Counted from the first letter of the stretch, positions 1 to 12,329 are shown. The stretch is DNA of 64,000 nt from Octopus vulgaris (GCA_951406725.2 OX597834.1:35712001-35776000); one strand, 5' to 3'. Program-made: numbers and translations. The notes: generated by a model from the letters alone, not told the origin.

Positions 1-256
1 GGAGCACCGCCTTTAGTCTAGCAAATCGACCCCGGGACTTATTCTTTGTTAGCCCAGTACTTATTTTATCCGCCTCTTTTGCCGAACCGCTAAGTGATGG
101 GGACATAAACACACCAGCATCGGTTATCAAGCAATGCTAGGGGGACAAACACAGACACACAAACACACACACATACATATATATATATATACGACGGGCT
201 TCTTTCAGTTTCCGTCTACCAAATCCACTCAGAAGGCATTGGTCGGCCCGGGGCTA
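1..256 (-). mobile_element. SINE family A, partial (internal CA/TA microsatellite)
   Basis: Reverse complement matches the body and tail of the near-complete copy at 49833-50219 (gatttggtagacggaaactgaaagaagcccgtcg; cttagcggttcggcaaaagag; ggcggtgctcc). Confidence 0.85.
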
Positions 257-257
257 C

Positions 258-525
<268 letters not shown>

Positions 526-1091
526 CCGTTGCAATTTACAAATTTTCAGTCACTTTTCTCTTATCTCAGACCGTTACGGAGGCCGCGTTTGTCTCTCTGA
601 GACCTTGTTGCTTGCGTGTGCTCGCATATTTATGTATGTATGTATGTATGTGTGTGTGTGTATGTGCGTGCGTGCGTGTATGTGTGTGTGTATATCTGCC
701 TGTCTGTCTATGTATGTATTATCTATGCATTCAAGTATGTATTCTTCTATGAGTGTATGCCTGTGTCTGTATGTGTGTGCGTGTTCGTGTTTGTGTATGT
801 ATGTATGTATGTATGTATGTATGTATGTATGTATGTATGTATATGTGTCTCTGTGTGTGCTATTAGTATTGGCATAATGACTCTCCCAAGACACAGCAAA
901 ATTTGTTCCTTCAGTGATATGGGAAAGTGCATTACAGAGTCGCGATATTATCAGTAAAATTATGATATAATGTATTTATATCAGGCTTCTATATGACCAG
1001 TTATCAGTTTTGAATAACATGGCATGGCTTCAGCTTGTTATATATCAGTTCGCAGTTAAATCTATTACAATTAAATTAAGTTTATATATAT

Positions 1092-1389
1092 ATAATTATT
1101 GAAGTAGATAAATGAATTATCTTATTACGGATAATTCAAATGATAACCGATACCTGGGTAGCAAAAATCACAACAGAAAAAGCACGGTTGAGGTTACGAT
1201 CATAGGGCCTAAAATCCGTGCCTTAGTGCGGAAATTTGAAGTTTTATATATTTAGTGTAGGAAGAGAAAGCTGCAAAATGGACTCCTTATTCAATCCGAA
1301 TAAGGGACTTTGCAGCCTTTGAAACATATGTAGAAAATAATAAAAAGGAATTTTGTTAAATCTTCGTTCAGCTCCATTTCTTCCTACAC

Positions 1390-1393
<4 letters not shown>
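1092..1393. mobile_element. Non-autonomous Penelope-like cassette in (TA)n with 5'-truncated hammerhead motif
   Basis: Homologous to 5712-6254 (shared aaccgatacctgggtagcaaaaatcaca and aatcttcgttca-ctccatttcttcc). Inverted repeat tttagtgtaggaaga (1251-1265) / tcttcctacactaaa (1379-1393). Stem II plus GAAAC-ATAT-GTA-GAA at about 1266-1335; CUGANGA missing. Confidence 0.65.
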
Positions 1394-1464
<71 letters not shown>

Positions 1465-1555
1465 AATCCAAACGGGAAAACAAAAAAACAACAACAATGG
1501 AACAATTACAGTATTATTATTAATAGGCGCTCGTGGAAATATGGAAGCAGGAAGG

Positions 1556-1588
1556 TATGACGTTTCGAGCGGAGCTCTTCGTCGGAAA
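1556..1588 (-). ncRNA. Hammerhead-like motif (variant core, weak stem I)
   Basis: Minus strand reads ttt-CCGACGA-A-GAGC-tcc-GCTC-GAAA-CGTC. Confidence 0.45.
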
Positions 1589-2435
1589 CATAAAGAAGGA
1601 AGAGAGAGGAAAGAAAGATCCCAAAGCGGGCAACAGGAGATGGAGAAAAAAACGACTGGTGTTTACGAGTTACACATGGTGAAAGGCGGAAGTTTACGAT
1701 AACAAGAGCAAAGTAGGTTTTTAAAGCCAAAAGAGTGGAGACAGGGTTGGTAACGCAACAGATGTGTGTGTATGTGTGAGTGTGTGCGTGTGCGTGTGTG
1801 TATGTGTGAGTGTGTGCGTGTGCGTGTGTGTATGTGTGTGTGAGGCGAGATAAAAAAACAAAAAATATATGTATGTGTTAGTGTGTGCGTCTGTGTGTAG
1901 GCGTGTGAGGTAGGGCGAGACAGTAGTAGGCATAGCAGACAATGGTCAGTAGTAAGAAAAAGAAGGAAGGAGGAAGGGAGGGAGGGGAAGGGGTGGGGGC
2001 GTATGTAGCGTGCCAGCGTGTGTTGAGTAGTAGTGTGTGTGTGTGTCCAGTGTCGTGGTAGTATTAATGGCGAGTAGATTGAATGTGTGTAAGAGTAATG
2101 TATATATTTAAGCAATGTGTGTGTGTGAGTGGGTGTGTATATGTGTGCGCGCGTGTGTAACAAAAAGGGGGGGTTAAGGAAAAAGGACTCCAGCTGAGGG
2201 GAAGATGGAAGAGTGGTCCCGCGGAGACGGGCGTGGGAAAACCCAACGACAAGCGACGGTCCCAGGAACGAGCGGGAGGTCTCGTCGGGTCCAAGAGCGA
2301 GGTGCATGCAGCGCGTATGCGTGCGCGAACCGGCGCAAGCGCGTGTGTGCGCGCGCCTGCGAGTATGCGCGTAAGTATGTATGTGTGTGGATGTGTGAGT
2401 GTGTCTGTGTGTATGTCTGTGTGTCAGTGTGTCCG

Positions 2436-2466
<31 letters not shown>

Positions 2467-2527
2467 CATACATACACATATACATATATATACATACATA
2501 TACGTACATACATATACATACATACAT

Positions 2528-2625
<98 letters not shown>

Positions 2626-2734
2626 GGATGGATAGATAGATGGAAAGATAGATAGAAAGATAGATAGATAGATAGATTGACAGACATGTTATGCACACAT
2701 ATTTATATGTATATATACATACACTCACACATAC

Positions 2735-2942
2735 TGGTCTCAAATTTTGGCACAAGTCCATCAGGTTCAAGGGAGGGGATATGTCGCTTACAACGATCTC
2801 AGTGCTCAACTGGTACTTATTTTATCGAAAGGATGAAGGACAAAGTCGACCTCGGCGGAATTTGAACTCAGAACGTAGCGACGGACGAAATACCGTTAAG
2901 CATTTTACCCAGCGTGCTAACGATTCTGCCAGCTTGCTGCCT
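2735..2942 (-). mobile_element. SINE family B
   Basis: Reverse complement has the tRNA-like head (ggcagcaagctggcagaatcgttagc...gagttcaaattccgccgaggtcgactttg) and the cttcatcctttcg-ataaaaataagtaccag core shared by more than ten copies. Confidence 0.85.
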
Positions 2943-3058
2943 TACACACTCTTATATATTAGTCTACTGACTGTTATTGTTATCATTGTAATAAGTTTGT
3001 TCTACTTTAGCTAAAGAATAGTTAACTAACAAGTTTAGTTATCGTGCTATACTACTAC

Positions 3059-3429
3059 AGCACTCCGTCGGTTACGACGACGAGGGTTCCAGTTGATACA
3101 ATCAACGGAACAGCCTGCTCGTGAAATTAATATGCAAGTGGTTGAGCACTCCATAGACACGTGTACCCTTAACATAGTTCTCGGGGAAATTCAGTATGAC
3201 ATAGAATGTGACAAGGCTGGTCCATTTGAAATACAGGTACAACAGAAACAGGGAGAAAGAGTGAGAGAAAGTTGTGGTGAAAGAGTACAGCAGGGTTCAC
3301 CACAACTCCCCGGCGGAGTCTCGTGGAGCTTTAGCTGTGTTTGTTCAATAAACGCTCGGTCTGGAAATCGAAACCGCCATCCTATGACCGCGAGCCCGCT
3401 GCCCTAACCACTGGGCCATTGCGCCTCCA
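3059..3429 (-). mobile_element. SINE family C, full length, with probable 12-bp TSD
   Basis: Head ggaggcgcaatggcccagtggttagggcagcg (A box) and tail gaaccctcgtcgtcgtaaccgacggagtgc. Flanked by tatcgtgctata (3040-3051) and tatcatgctata (3431-3442). Confidence 0.85.
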
Positions 3430-3759
3430 GTATCATGCTATAGTCTGCTTATATTGCAAGTAAATGCCACATACATAACAGTTATACCTATCAGCAACGG
3501 AGTTATTACAAGCAACTGGAAGATGTAAATATGATGTAGTTAAGGTATATTTTAACTATACGCCACAAGAATTACAAGTCTATAATGGACGCAGATTGTG
3601 TGTCAAATAGCTAGCTTGAGGCGGTAGCCTCTTGGAGCTAATCATCGAGAGCTTTAGTCTTATATTTATAAGATTGCCATATTAGTATGGCGATAACTAT
3701 TAATTTCCAGTAACGCTGCCGTCATCTCCTATAGAGAGACTTAGTAATTTTAATATTTC

Positions 3760-3790
<31 letters not shown>

Positions 3791-4279
3791 CAACAAAGAT
3801 ATAAAAGTTAGCATAATACAGCATAAAGAGAAAAATATAGCAGTCATAAGGTAACTATCGTATTATTCTCTTTTATAATTTAGTGTTAAATCTTGCTACA
3901 AACATAGCTGTTTTCCTTCATAGCTTTTTTCTCTCACTCGTATGTCAGTCGTACGCCATTTTTTTATCCTGTTAAAATCAGGTGTAATATAGTGCAAATG
4001 ATATTGAATGTAGACGGAAAATATAAATTAAGTCAAAATGTAGCCGAAGTTAAGAAACAGTTATATAACGGTCAACTAGCTGATGAAGCTTAGAATTGTA
4101 TTCTGAAACTAAAACAATAAGTATTAATAATTAACGTAAAAATAGAGAAAAGGACATGATTTCAAATACGTTATAAAAATGGTCGCTTGCATAGAATTTA
4201 GAGTTTGATGTAATAGAAGGCAATTACTGTTTTCAGGTTAAGGAGACATCATTTCCGGTGGCTTCCAGGTTTAACGAGT

Positions 4280-4560
4280 GTATGTATGTATGTATGTATG
4301 TATGTATGTATGTATGTATGTATGTATGTATGTATGTATGTATGAATGTATGTATGTATGTATGTATGTATGTATGTATGTATGTATGTATGAATGTATG
4401 TATGTATGTATGTATGTATGTATGTATGTATGTATGAATGTATGTATGTATGTATGTATGTATGTATGTATGTATGTATGTATGTATGAATGTATGTATG
4501 TATGTATGTATGTATGTATGTATGTATGTATGTATGTATGTGTGTGTGTGTGTATGTATG
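4280..4560. repeat. (TATG)n microsatellite
   Basis: Directly visible, with periodic TGAA interruptions. Confidence 0.95.
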
Positions 4561-4674
4561 TCATTATTCAGTTTTATTTCAAGATATATGTATATATGTA
4601 TGTTTATGCACAAATCGGTATGTTTTGCTTTATATATATATATATATATATACTTTATTTAAAAGCAGCAGAAA

Positions 4675-4733
4675 TTTAACAAAAGCTGTTACTCGGAGAT
4701 TCACGTTCCCGTTCGTCGGACAGTTTTGTTAAA
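4675..4733 (-). ncRNA. Type-I hammerhead-like motif with long stem I
   Basis: Minus strand: tttaacaaaa-ctgt-CCGACGA-ACG-ggaa-CGT-GAAT-CTCCGA-GTA-acag-c-ttttgttaaa. GAAT replaces GAAA. Confidence 0.55.
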
Positions 4734-4831
4734 ATATGTGTTGAAATATATGTTTACTCCGGTATATATATATATATAGTATCGTTTACCTGTTCACTTT
4801 TAATAAAAACAATTTTAACAAATATTACATT

Positions 4832-4875
4832 AATCCGTACGATGGTTTAACTGGTCGAAACTTCGAAGTTACAAT
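4832..4875 (+). ncRNA. Degenerate hammerhead-like motif (ACTTCGAAGT family)
   Basis: ccgtacga-tggtttaactggtc-GAAA-CTTCGAAG-TT; homologous to the intact motif at 20027-20067. Confidence 0.4.
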
Positions 4876-4999
4876 CAATAGCATTTTTGCTGGAGGAAAA
4901 TAAATATATATACACACATACATGCATACCATACATACATACATACATACATACATACATACATACATACATACATACATACATACATACATACATACA

Positions 5000-5068
<69 letters not shown>

Positions 5069-5152
5069 CATATATATATATATATATACGCATATATATA
5101 TGCGTGCGTATGAGTATGTGCATACACACAAGTATATACAGATATGTAAGTA

Positions 5153-5197
<45 letters not shown>

Positions 5198-5660
5198 GTT
5201 ATGTATATAAATATATATAGAGATATATGTGTGTGTGTGTTGGCACTGACGTAGTTACACCCACGTGATGTGACGTCAGCTCAACGATCAAATAGAGTGT
5301 CATGAAGTGAGAAATTCTATTTTTGCTCAGTGTCAATAGAGACTGATAAGGGGGCACGTATGCGAGGGCGTGCCTGTGTGCGTGTTTGTTCGTGGGTGAG
5401 CGTGTACGTGTATGGATGGATATTTGTTTGGGTATTTGCTTGTGCACGTGTGTTTGCGTATCAATGTGTGTATGTGAGGGTTATATTGCGTACGTATTTC
5501 ACTCAAAGCAACTCAGCGAATTTAAAGGAACAGTTTATTTCATGCGTGTATTTAAAGAATAACATAGGTGTATATATCTTTCTGTCTCTTTCTCTGTACA
5601 CACATGTATATAGTGATGTAGGGAAACAAAATTAGGCCTGACACATATATACATACATAC

Positions 5661-5718
<58 letters not shown>

Positions 5719-5926
5719 AAATTGAAAGATGAATTTTCTTGTTACAGATTATTCAAAAGTTTAACCGATACCTGGGTAGCAAAAATCACAGCAGAAAATA
5801 CACGGTTGGAGATAAGACCATTTGGTGTTGCAACCGTGCGTTGGTGCGGATAATTGAAGTTTAATATTATTATTGAATGGAAGAAATGGAGTTGAACGAA
5901 GATTGTACAGAATTCCTTTTATTACA

Positions 5927-6006
5927 TTCTACACATGTTTCAAAGGCCACAAATTTCCAAATTCTGATTAAATAAGGGTACCATATTGTGGCTTTCTCGT
6001 CAGGGA
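5927..6006 (-). ncRNA. Minimal type-I hammerhead ribozyme motif
   Basis: Minus strand: tcc-CTGACGA-GAAAGCCACAA...TTGTGGCCTTT-GAAA-C-ATGT-G-TA-gaa. Confidence 0.6.
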
Positions 6007-6113
6007 AAAACAGGAATTCCGTTGACAGAACAAAACAGAACAGAGGCGCAGCAATTCGAACGAGGAGGCTCTTTAAGAGCCCATGGCTGAACTGTTTATC
6101 AATGTCCTGTTTT

Positions 6114-6193
6114 TTCCTGATGAGAAAGCCACAATATGGTACCCTTATTTAATCAGAATTTGGAAATTTGTGGCCTTTGAAACATGTGTAGAA
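6114..6193 (+). ncRNA. Minimal type-I hammerhead ribozyme motif
   Basis: ttc-CTGATGA(6117-6123)-GAAAGCCACAA...TTGTGGCCTTT-GAAA-C-ATGT-G-TA-gaa. Predicted GUA cleavage after 6190; stem I ttc/gaa. Confidence 0.7.
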
Positions 6194-6254
6194 TGTAATA
6201 AAAGGAATTCTGTACAATCTTCGTTCAACTCCATTTCTTCCATTCAATAATAAT

Positions 6255-6603
<349 letters not shown>

Positions 6604-6614
6604 TTAGATATTGT

Positions 6615-6708
6615 TATATTCCAGGATGGTAATTTTTTTTCCCAAATAAACATCGTACTAGAGCATGTGTTTATTTGGCAAGAGAAAAAATGACCATCCC
6701 AAAATATA
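6615..6708. mobile_element. Small MITE-like palindrome
   Basis: Ends atattccaggatggtaatttttt / aaaaaatgaccatcccaaaatat; internal ccaaataaaca / tgtttatttgg. Confidence 0.5.
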
Positions 6709-6910
6709 GCAAAATTCATAAACGAATACATATATATATATATATATATCATGTGGTACTGCTTCAACAAGTAGAAAGCACTCGATCAGCTGAGGGAGTA
6801 GAAATAATCTAAAATTAAAACCCACAAATCTTGCAGTTATCGTTACCTAGGGTTTCCTGAACGAAATAATAATGTATTCCGCAGTTTATCAAACTGAAAG
6901 CAAGAACGTT

Positions 6911-7117
6911 TACGAGGGGCGGGATGAAACGTTCCTGGCTTTAAGGGTGTCGTGAAAGGCCTGACTGGAGGCCCACCTTTCCGAGTTATTTTCGAGGGCT
7001 TAGAAAAATTGAAGGGCGGCTGAGAGGGGAATATGTTCAATAAAATCATAATTAACTGATCCTCCTGTATTTTCTTTTACCCAAAGCCAGGAACTTTTCG
7101 GTACCCCTCCCCCTGTA
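6911..7117 (+). mobile_element. Mariner-derived MITE
   Basis: TIRs tacgagggg..tgaaa.gttcctggcttt / aaagccaggaacttttc.gtacccc. Retains a mariner-type transposase C-terminus (...RGEYVQ*). Sister copies at 10259 and 16120. Confidence 0.8.
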
Positions 7118-7616
7118 TATAGAAGGAGAAAAATGTATCCGTCCATCCATTCAGCTTCCCTCTCTTTCCCATTCCTCCCTCCCTTCATCCACTCACCCCT
7201 CCATCTATCCATCTTTTCATTCATTTACCCATCCATATATACACCTATCCATCCGTCCATTCGTTCATACATTATATGCCCTCTTTTCCACCCTTATTTC
7301 ATCCTTCCATGCATTCATTCATACAGCCAATCATGCATCCATTTATACATCCATCTCCCTCCCACCCTCTCACCCTCCCTCCCTCCACCCATACCTCCCT
7401 CCCTCCCTCCACCCATACCTCCCTCCCTCCCTCCACCCCCTCCCTCCAACAATCCATCCAACAATCCATACACACACGTACAATAACACATGCACACAGA
7501 TACATACCTACATATATATACACACATACATACACACATACATACACATATACATACACACACATACATACATACATACATACATACATACATACATACA
7601 TACATACATACATACA

Positions 7617-7644
<28 letters not shown>

Positions 7645-7647
<3 letters not shown>

Positions 7648-8035
7648 GCGGAACTTACAGCTCTTGTAATCTGGTTATGAATTCTCATTTGCACCTATCA
7701 TAAGTGCATCAGGTGATGCACGAAAATTTGCACGAAAACCTAGAAATATTTGATTTCACGGGAAAAGAGCAGAAAAAACTGACGTGAGTTCTCCAAATCC
7801 AATCCATTAGTGGCACAGTGAAGATCTGTAAGACATTCCCCAAATTCTCCATCAGTGATTCTTATTTGTGTAGATACCCACACTTGGGTGTATGCATCGA
7901 CAGATCAACCAACACACCAACTCAACCAAATACTTACAAACACCGGGAATTCTCTTAACTCAAAAAGTCTTGTTGTTTTGTTACCAACCGGATTGAACTA
8001 TCTCAAGGACTTAAATTAAAGTCAAAGAAAGATCA
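7645..8035 (+). mobile_element. 5'-truncated RLE-type (R4/Dong-like) non-LTR retrotransposon 3' end
   Basis: Decayed frame MRNLQLL*SGYEFSFAPII...LQIQSISGTVKICKTFPKF, homologous to 8677-9005. Flanked by (CATA)n on both sides. Confidence 0.7.
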
Positions 8036-8051
8036 TACATACATACATATG

Positions 8052-8362
8052 ACACATTTGCGCAAAAACCTAAAAAATACTCAGTTTTACGGACAAAAAC
8101 CAAAAGAGACTGGTGCAGATTCTCTAAATGCAATCTAATAGTGACACGGTGAAGATTCTATAGATTCTCCGTGTGAGATTCTTATATAAAACAGATGTAC
8201 ACGCTTTGGTGTGTGCATGCATCTTCGGTTCGACCGATGCACCAACTCAACTACATTTTTTACAAACACGAGGAAGTCTCTTAACTCAAAACGTTTCGTT
8301 GCTTTGTTAGCGACCGGCTTGAACTCTTTCAAGAAAAACTTAAATTAAGATCAAAGAAAGGT
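8052..8362 (+). mobile_element. Second, shorter 3' end of the same RLE-type element
   Basis: Aligns with 7725-8035 (aaaacct..aaata; ctcttaactcaaaa; cttaaattaa..tcaaagaaag.tcatac). Followed by CATA/CA repeats. Confidence 0.65.
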
Positions 8363-8614
8363 CATACACACATACATACATGCACGCACGCACACACACA
8401 CACACGCACACACGCACACACACACAAACACATATATACATACATGCACGCTTACATTACATACATAAATACAAACATACACACACATACATACATGCAC
8501 CCAAACACACAAACACACACACACACACACAAACACATATATACATACATGTACGCACACTTACATTACATTCATGAATACATACATGCATACACACATA
8601 CATACATACATACA

Positions 8615-8648
<34 letters not shown>

Positions 8649-8676
8649 CGTACATACATACATACATACATATAAT

Positions 8677-9075
8677 GGTATAATGATTTGGGACAGAGAA
8701 GAGAAACTGTGCACAGTTGCAGAAATTAGCTGCCCGGCGGATGTTAACATAAAGCTGAAGATCAATGAAAAAGAGAATGCTTACGCTGAACTTTTGAGAA
8801 ATCTGAAGTTACTCAAGAAAACAAGTTCAGGTTTAAACCTGTAATTACTGGGGCCCTGGGATATGTAACACACTGCCTAAATAGCAATCTTGAGAAATTA
8901 AGTTTCTCAAAACCAGAAAAGAGAAAGCTGATTCCAAGACTACAGATCCAATCCATCACTGGAACTGTAAAAATCTGTAAAACTTTCCAGAAGTTTATCA
9001 TTTAAATATATATGAACTAGATATGCAACTATATGCACGAGAATACAGACATAAAACGTACAACTCTGCACACAT
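8677..9075 (+). mobile_element. RLE-type (R4/Dong-like) retrotransposon 3' end with frameshifted endonuclease C-terminus
   Basis: Translates to IMIWDREEKLCTVAEISCPADVNIKLKINEKENAYAELLRNLKLL / NKFRFKPVITGALGYVTHCLNSNLEKLSFSKPEKRKLIPRLQIQSITGTVKICKTFQKFII* (stop 9003-9005). The E-x-S-C-P, K..Y..L and P-V-I-x-G-A-L-G pattern is typical of restriction-like endonuclease domains. Embedded in (TACA)n. Confidence 0.8.
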
Positions 9076-9218
9076 ACGTACATACATATATACATACATA
9101 CATACAGTTTAAAATTGTACAAAAACCTAAAAAACAAAAGACAGAGACAGGTGAGGGAGCTGCAATCAAGGTATATTAGTCTGACGCTCAGGAAAAATGG
9201 AAGAGTCTTTGACGCTTA

Positions 9219-9279
<61 letters not shown>

Positions 9280-9287
9280 GTATGTAT

Positions 9288-9324
<37 letters not shown>

Positions 9325-9676
9325 CATATATATATACATACATAGAAAGGGAGTGAAACAGAGAGAGAGAGTGAAGAGGAGAGAGATATATCTGCATGTA
9401 CTCATGTATATGTGTACGTATGTTTACGTGTACATCTGTTACTTCTAGCATGTCGCGTGACCGTGTAGAGGTTCCGTAATTGAATCAATTTAAGAAGATT
9501 ATTTATTACAAAATATAGAATTAAGGATTCCAGTATTTCGTGGAAAGGATAATGACTAAGTGGTAAACAGTGTCACTTCCCGATTACATGGCGTTGAGTT
9601 CAATACCCAAGAAAGGCACCCGGAGTTTCATGTGGTATGTCATAGCCTTTGGTTGTTAGGTTTTCTTCTATGTTTT

Positions 9677-9787
9677 GCGTCAGTCATTTGACTGCGGCCA
9701 TGCTGGAGCACCGCCTTCAGTGGGACTGAACCCGGATCCGTGTGGCTAGGAGGCAAACTTCTTACTACACTACCACACCTGCGCCTA
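9677..9787 (-). mobile_element. SINE family A, internally deleted (head fused to tail)
   Basis: tcagtcatttgactgcggccatgctggagcaccgcc is joined directly to cagtgggactgaacccgg...acctgcgcc. Confidence 0.75.
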
Positions 9788-10258
9788 TTGTCAATTATAA
9801 CCACCTCCTCTCCTCCTCCTCCTCCTCCTCCTCCTCACCAGCAGCAGCAGCAGCACCGCCGCCGCCGCCGCCACCATCACCACCACCACCACCACCACCA
9901 TCACCATCATCATTACTATTATCATCATCATTACTATTCTTGCGTAGAACTTTTAGATGGAATCTGGGTGAAATATATCTTGGATTAAGTGTTTCGGTTT
10001 TTGCTTGGTAAACTTAATACAGGAAGGTTACGATATGACCACAGATGGAGCACCCTTGATCATTGATCTTTACGATCGGAAGCCGTCCAGGGGTTAAAAA
10101 CAACAGCAGCCATAACACCATACAAGAATGAAAGAGAGCTCAACCACTTGCTCGCAAACTATCGGAACAAAAATATACAAAAAACGAAAAACAAATAACA
10201 TTCACATATTTATAAATACACAATTACCTGGACATATAAAGGTAATTAAAGGTAATTA

Positions 10259-10476
10259 TACGAATGGGAGCTGGAAAGTTCCTGGCTTTAATGGTATCAT
10301 GAAAGGCCTGGTTGGGGGATCAACCTTCCCAGTTCTTTTACAGGGTTTAGGAAAACTGAAGGACTGTTGCAATAACTGTGTGAATCTGAGGGGGGAATAT
10401 GTTGAATAAAATCATAATTAACTGATCCTCCTGTAATATCTTTTACCCAAGGCCAGAAACTTTTCAGTACCACCTC

Positions 10477-10479
<3 letters not shown>
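10259..10479 (+). mobile_element. Mariner-derived MITE
   Basis: TA-flanked TIRs; encodes remnant GLGKLKDCCNNCVNLRGEYVE*, a mariner-type C-terminus. Confidence 0.85.
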
Positions 10480-10515
<36 letters not shown>

Positions 10516-10794
10516 CGAAAGGACATATTCTAATTCGTATAAAAAGGAAGCAGATGTACTGTAACGTGCTCAACGAAATGCTGAAGGTGGATTTTGACAA
10601 AAAGTGTCGCAGGTCTGAAGCGGAAAGGGAACGGATTTCAAAAACCAAGAATAAATATTCTATTCAATGCAAATATAACAAATATCTAGATACATACACA
10701 CACACAAACACACACACACACACCTGTACACATACAGATATACATATATATATAAATTCACACACATATAAATTTGTTGATTCACCGAAAAGCG

Positions 10795-10846
10795 ACATAT
10801 ATATATATAAGTACATATGTATACATACATATATATCTATATCTAT

Positions 10847-10910
<64 letters not shown>

Positions 10911-11123
10911 CTATCTATATATATATATATATATATATATCTATATACATACATATATATATATATATCTATATACATACACATATATATATTTATCTAT
11001 ATACATACATATATTTCTATCTATCTATATACATACATATATATATATATATCTATATACATATATATATCTATCTATCTATATACATACATATATATAT
11101 ATATATATCTATATATATATATC

Positions 11124-11155
<32 letters not shown>

Positions 11156-11321
11156 AATATATATATACTTATATATGTGCATACATATATATACATATAT
11201 AGTTATATATGTATGTGCATATATATATATATACTTATATATGTGTATATATATGTATATATATATACTTATATATGTGTATATATATATATACTTATAT
11301 ATGTATATATATATATATACT

Positions 11322-11366
<45 letters not shown>

Positions 11367-11420
11367 CATACATATATATACTTATATATGTATATACTTA
11401 TATATGTGTATATTTATATA

Positions 11421-11456
<36 letters not shown>
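10795..11456. repeat. Long interrupted (TA)n tract
   Basis: Directly visible. Confidence 0.95.
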
Positions 11457-11457
<1 letters not shown>

Positions 11458-12329
11458 TATGGAAAGAGAGAAAGAGAGAATGAAAAAGAGAGAGAAGTGA
11501 CATGTGTATATAGCTTATATAATGTATACCTATATACATACACATACTCATACATATATGCATTTTCACATACATACATACATACACATACACACATATA
11601 TATACATGCAAATATGCATATACTTATACATACATATTCACACATACATGTATTCATACATGTATACGGACATGCATACATACATACAAACATATTTACA
11701 CACATACATGCATACATATATATGTATGCATACACTCATACATACAAAAGGAAATGGTTTCTTTCACAACCTTGCTACCGAGTCGGTGGCAGGTCAAAAT
11801 TCACTCTAAATTAAAGAGAAAGACACACACGCGCGCGCAAAGTCACACATACATACATGCATCCATCCATAAATAAAGAATTATTAACGCTTAAATTTTT
11901 TTTTTCCGTATAAAAACAGATAAAATTAACATCAAAATATAATGCTTAGGAAGAACAAAACATTGTTTTCAAAACAAAAAAAAAAATTCCCAAGAATTTC
12001 TTCCTTTTGAGAAATAAAAAAAAAACAAGAAAAAAAACACAAAATAGACGAAACAAAACTTCTTCTCATCACCACCACCACTTTCACCCCATTCTTCCAC
12101 CCCCGCCCAAAAAAAAAAAAAAAAAAGCAGTCACCCCCTTAATAAACTTCAAACATACTTACAATGGTACCATAGGTATCAAGTTAGTTTTGGTGGTATT
12201 TAATCTCATAATCCCGAATAGAAGAGTTTAGACGTTGTTCGATTCTACGGTAAGTTAATCCAGTGTTTCGGAATCACATAATTCTTGCCTTTTTTTCTTT
12301 TCTGATGGCGTTATTTAATAATTCCTCTC

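Larger units (their letters stand above)
5712..6254. mobile_element. Fold-back Penelope-like cassette between (TA)n tracts; about 150-bp near-perfect inverted repeat
   Basis: Arms 5866-6015 and 6105-6254 are reverse complements with about 2 differences. Each arm carries a hammerhead motif. The extension 5712-5865 is shared with 1092-1250. Confidence 0.75.

Noticed and set aside
3350-3429. tRNA-like sequences (also 18310-18380, 22619-22729, 49833-49905)
   Set aside because: They are SINE or element heads with A/B boxes but no complete cloverleaf, and they continue into repeat bodies.
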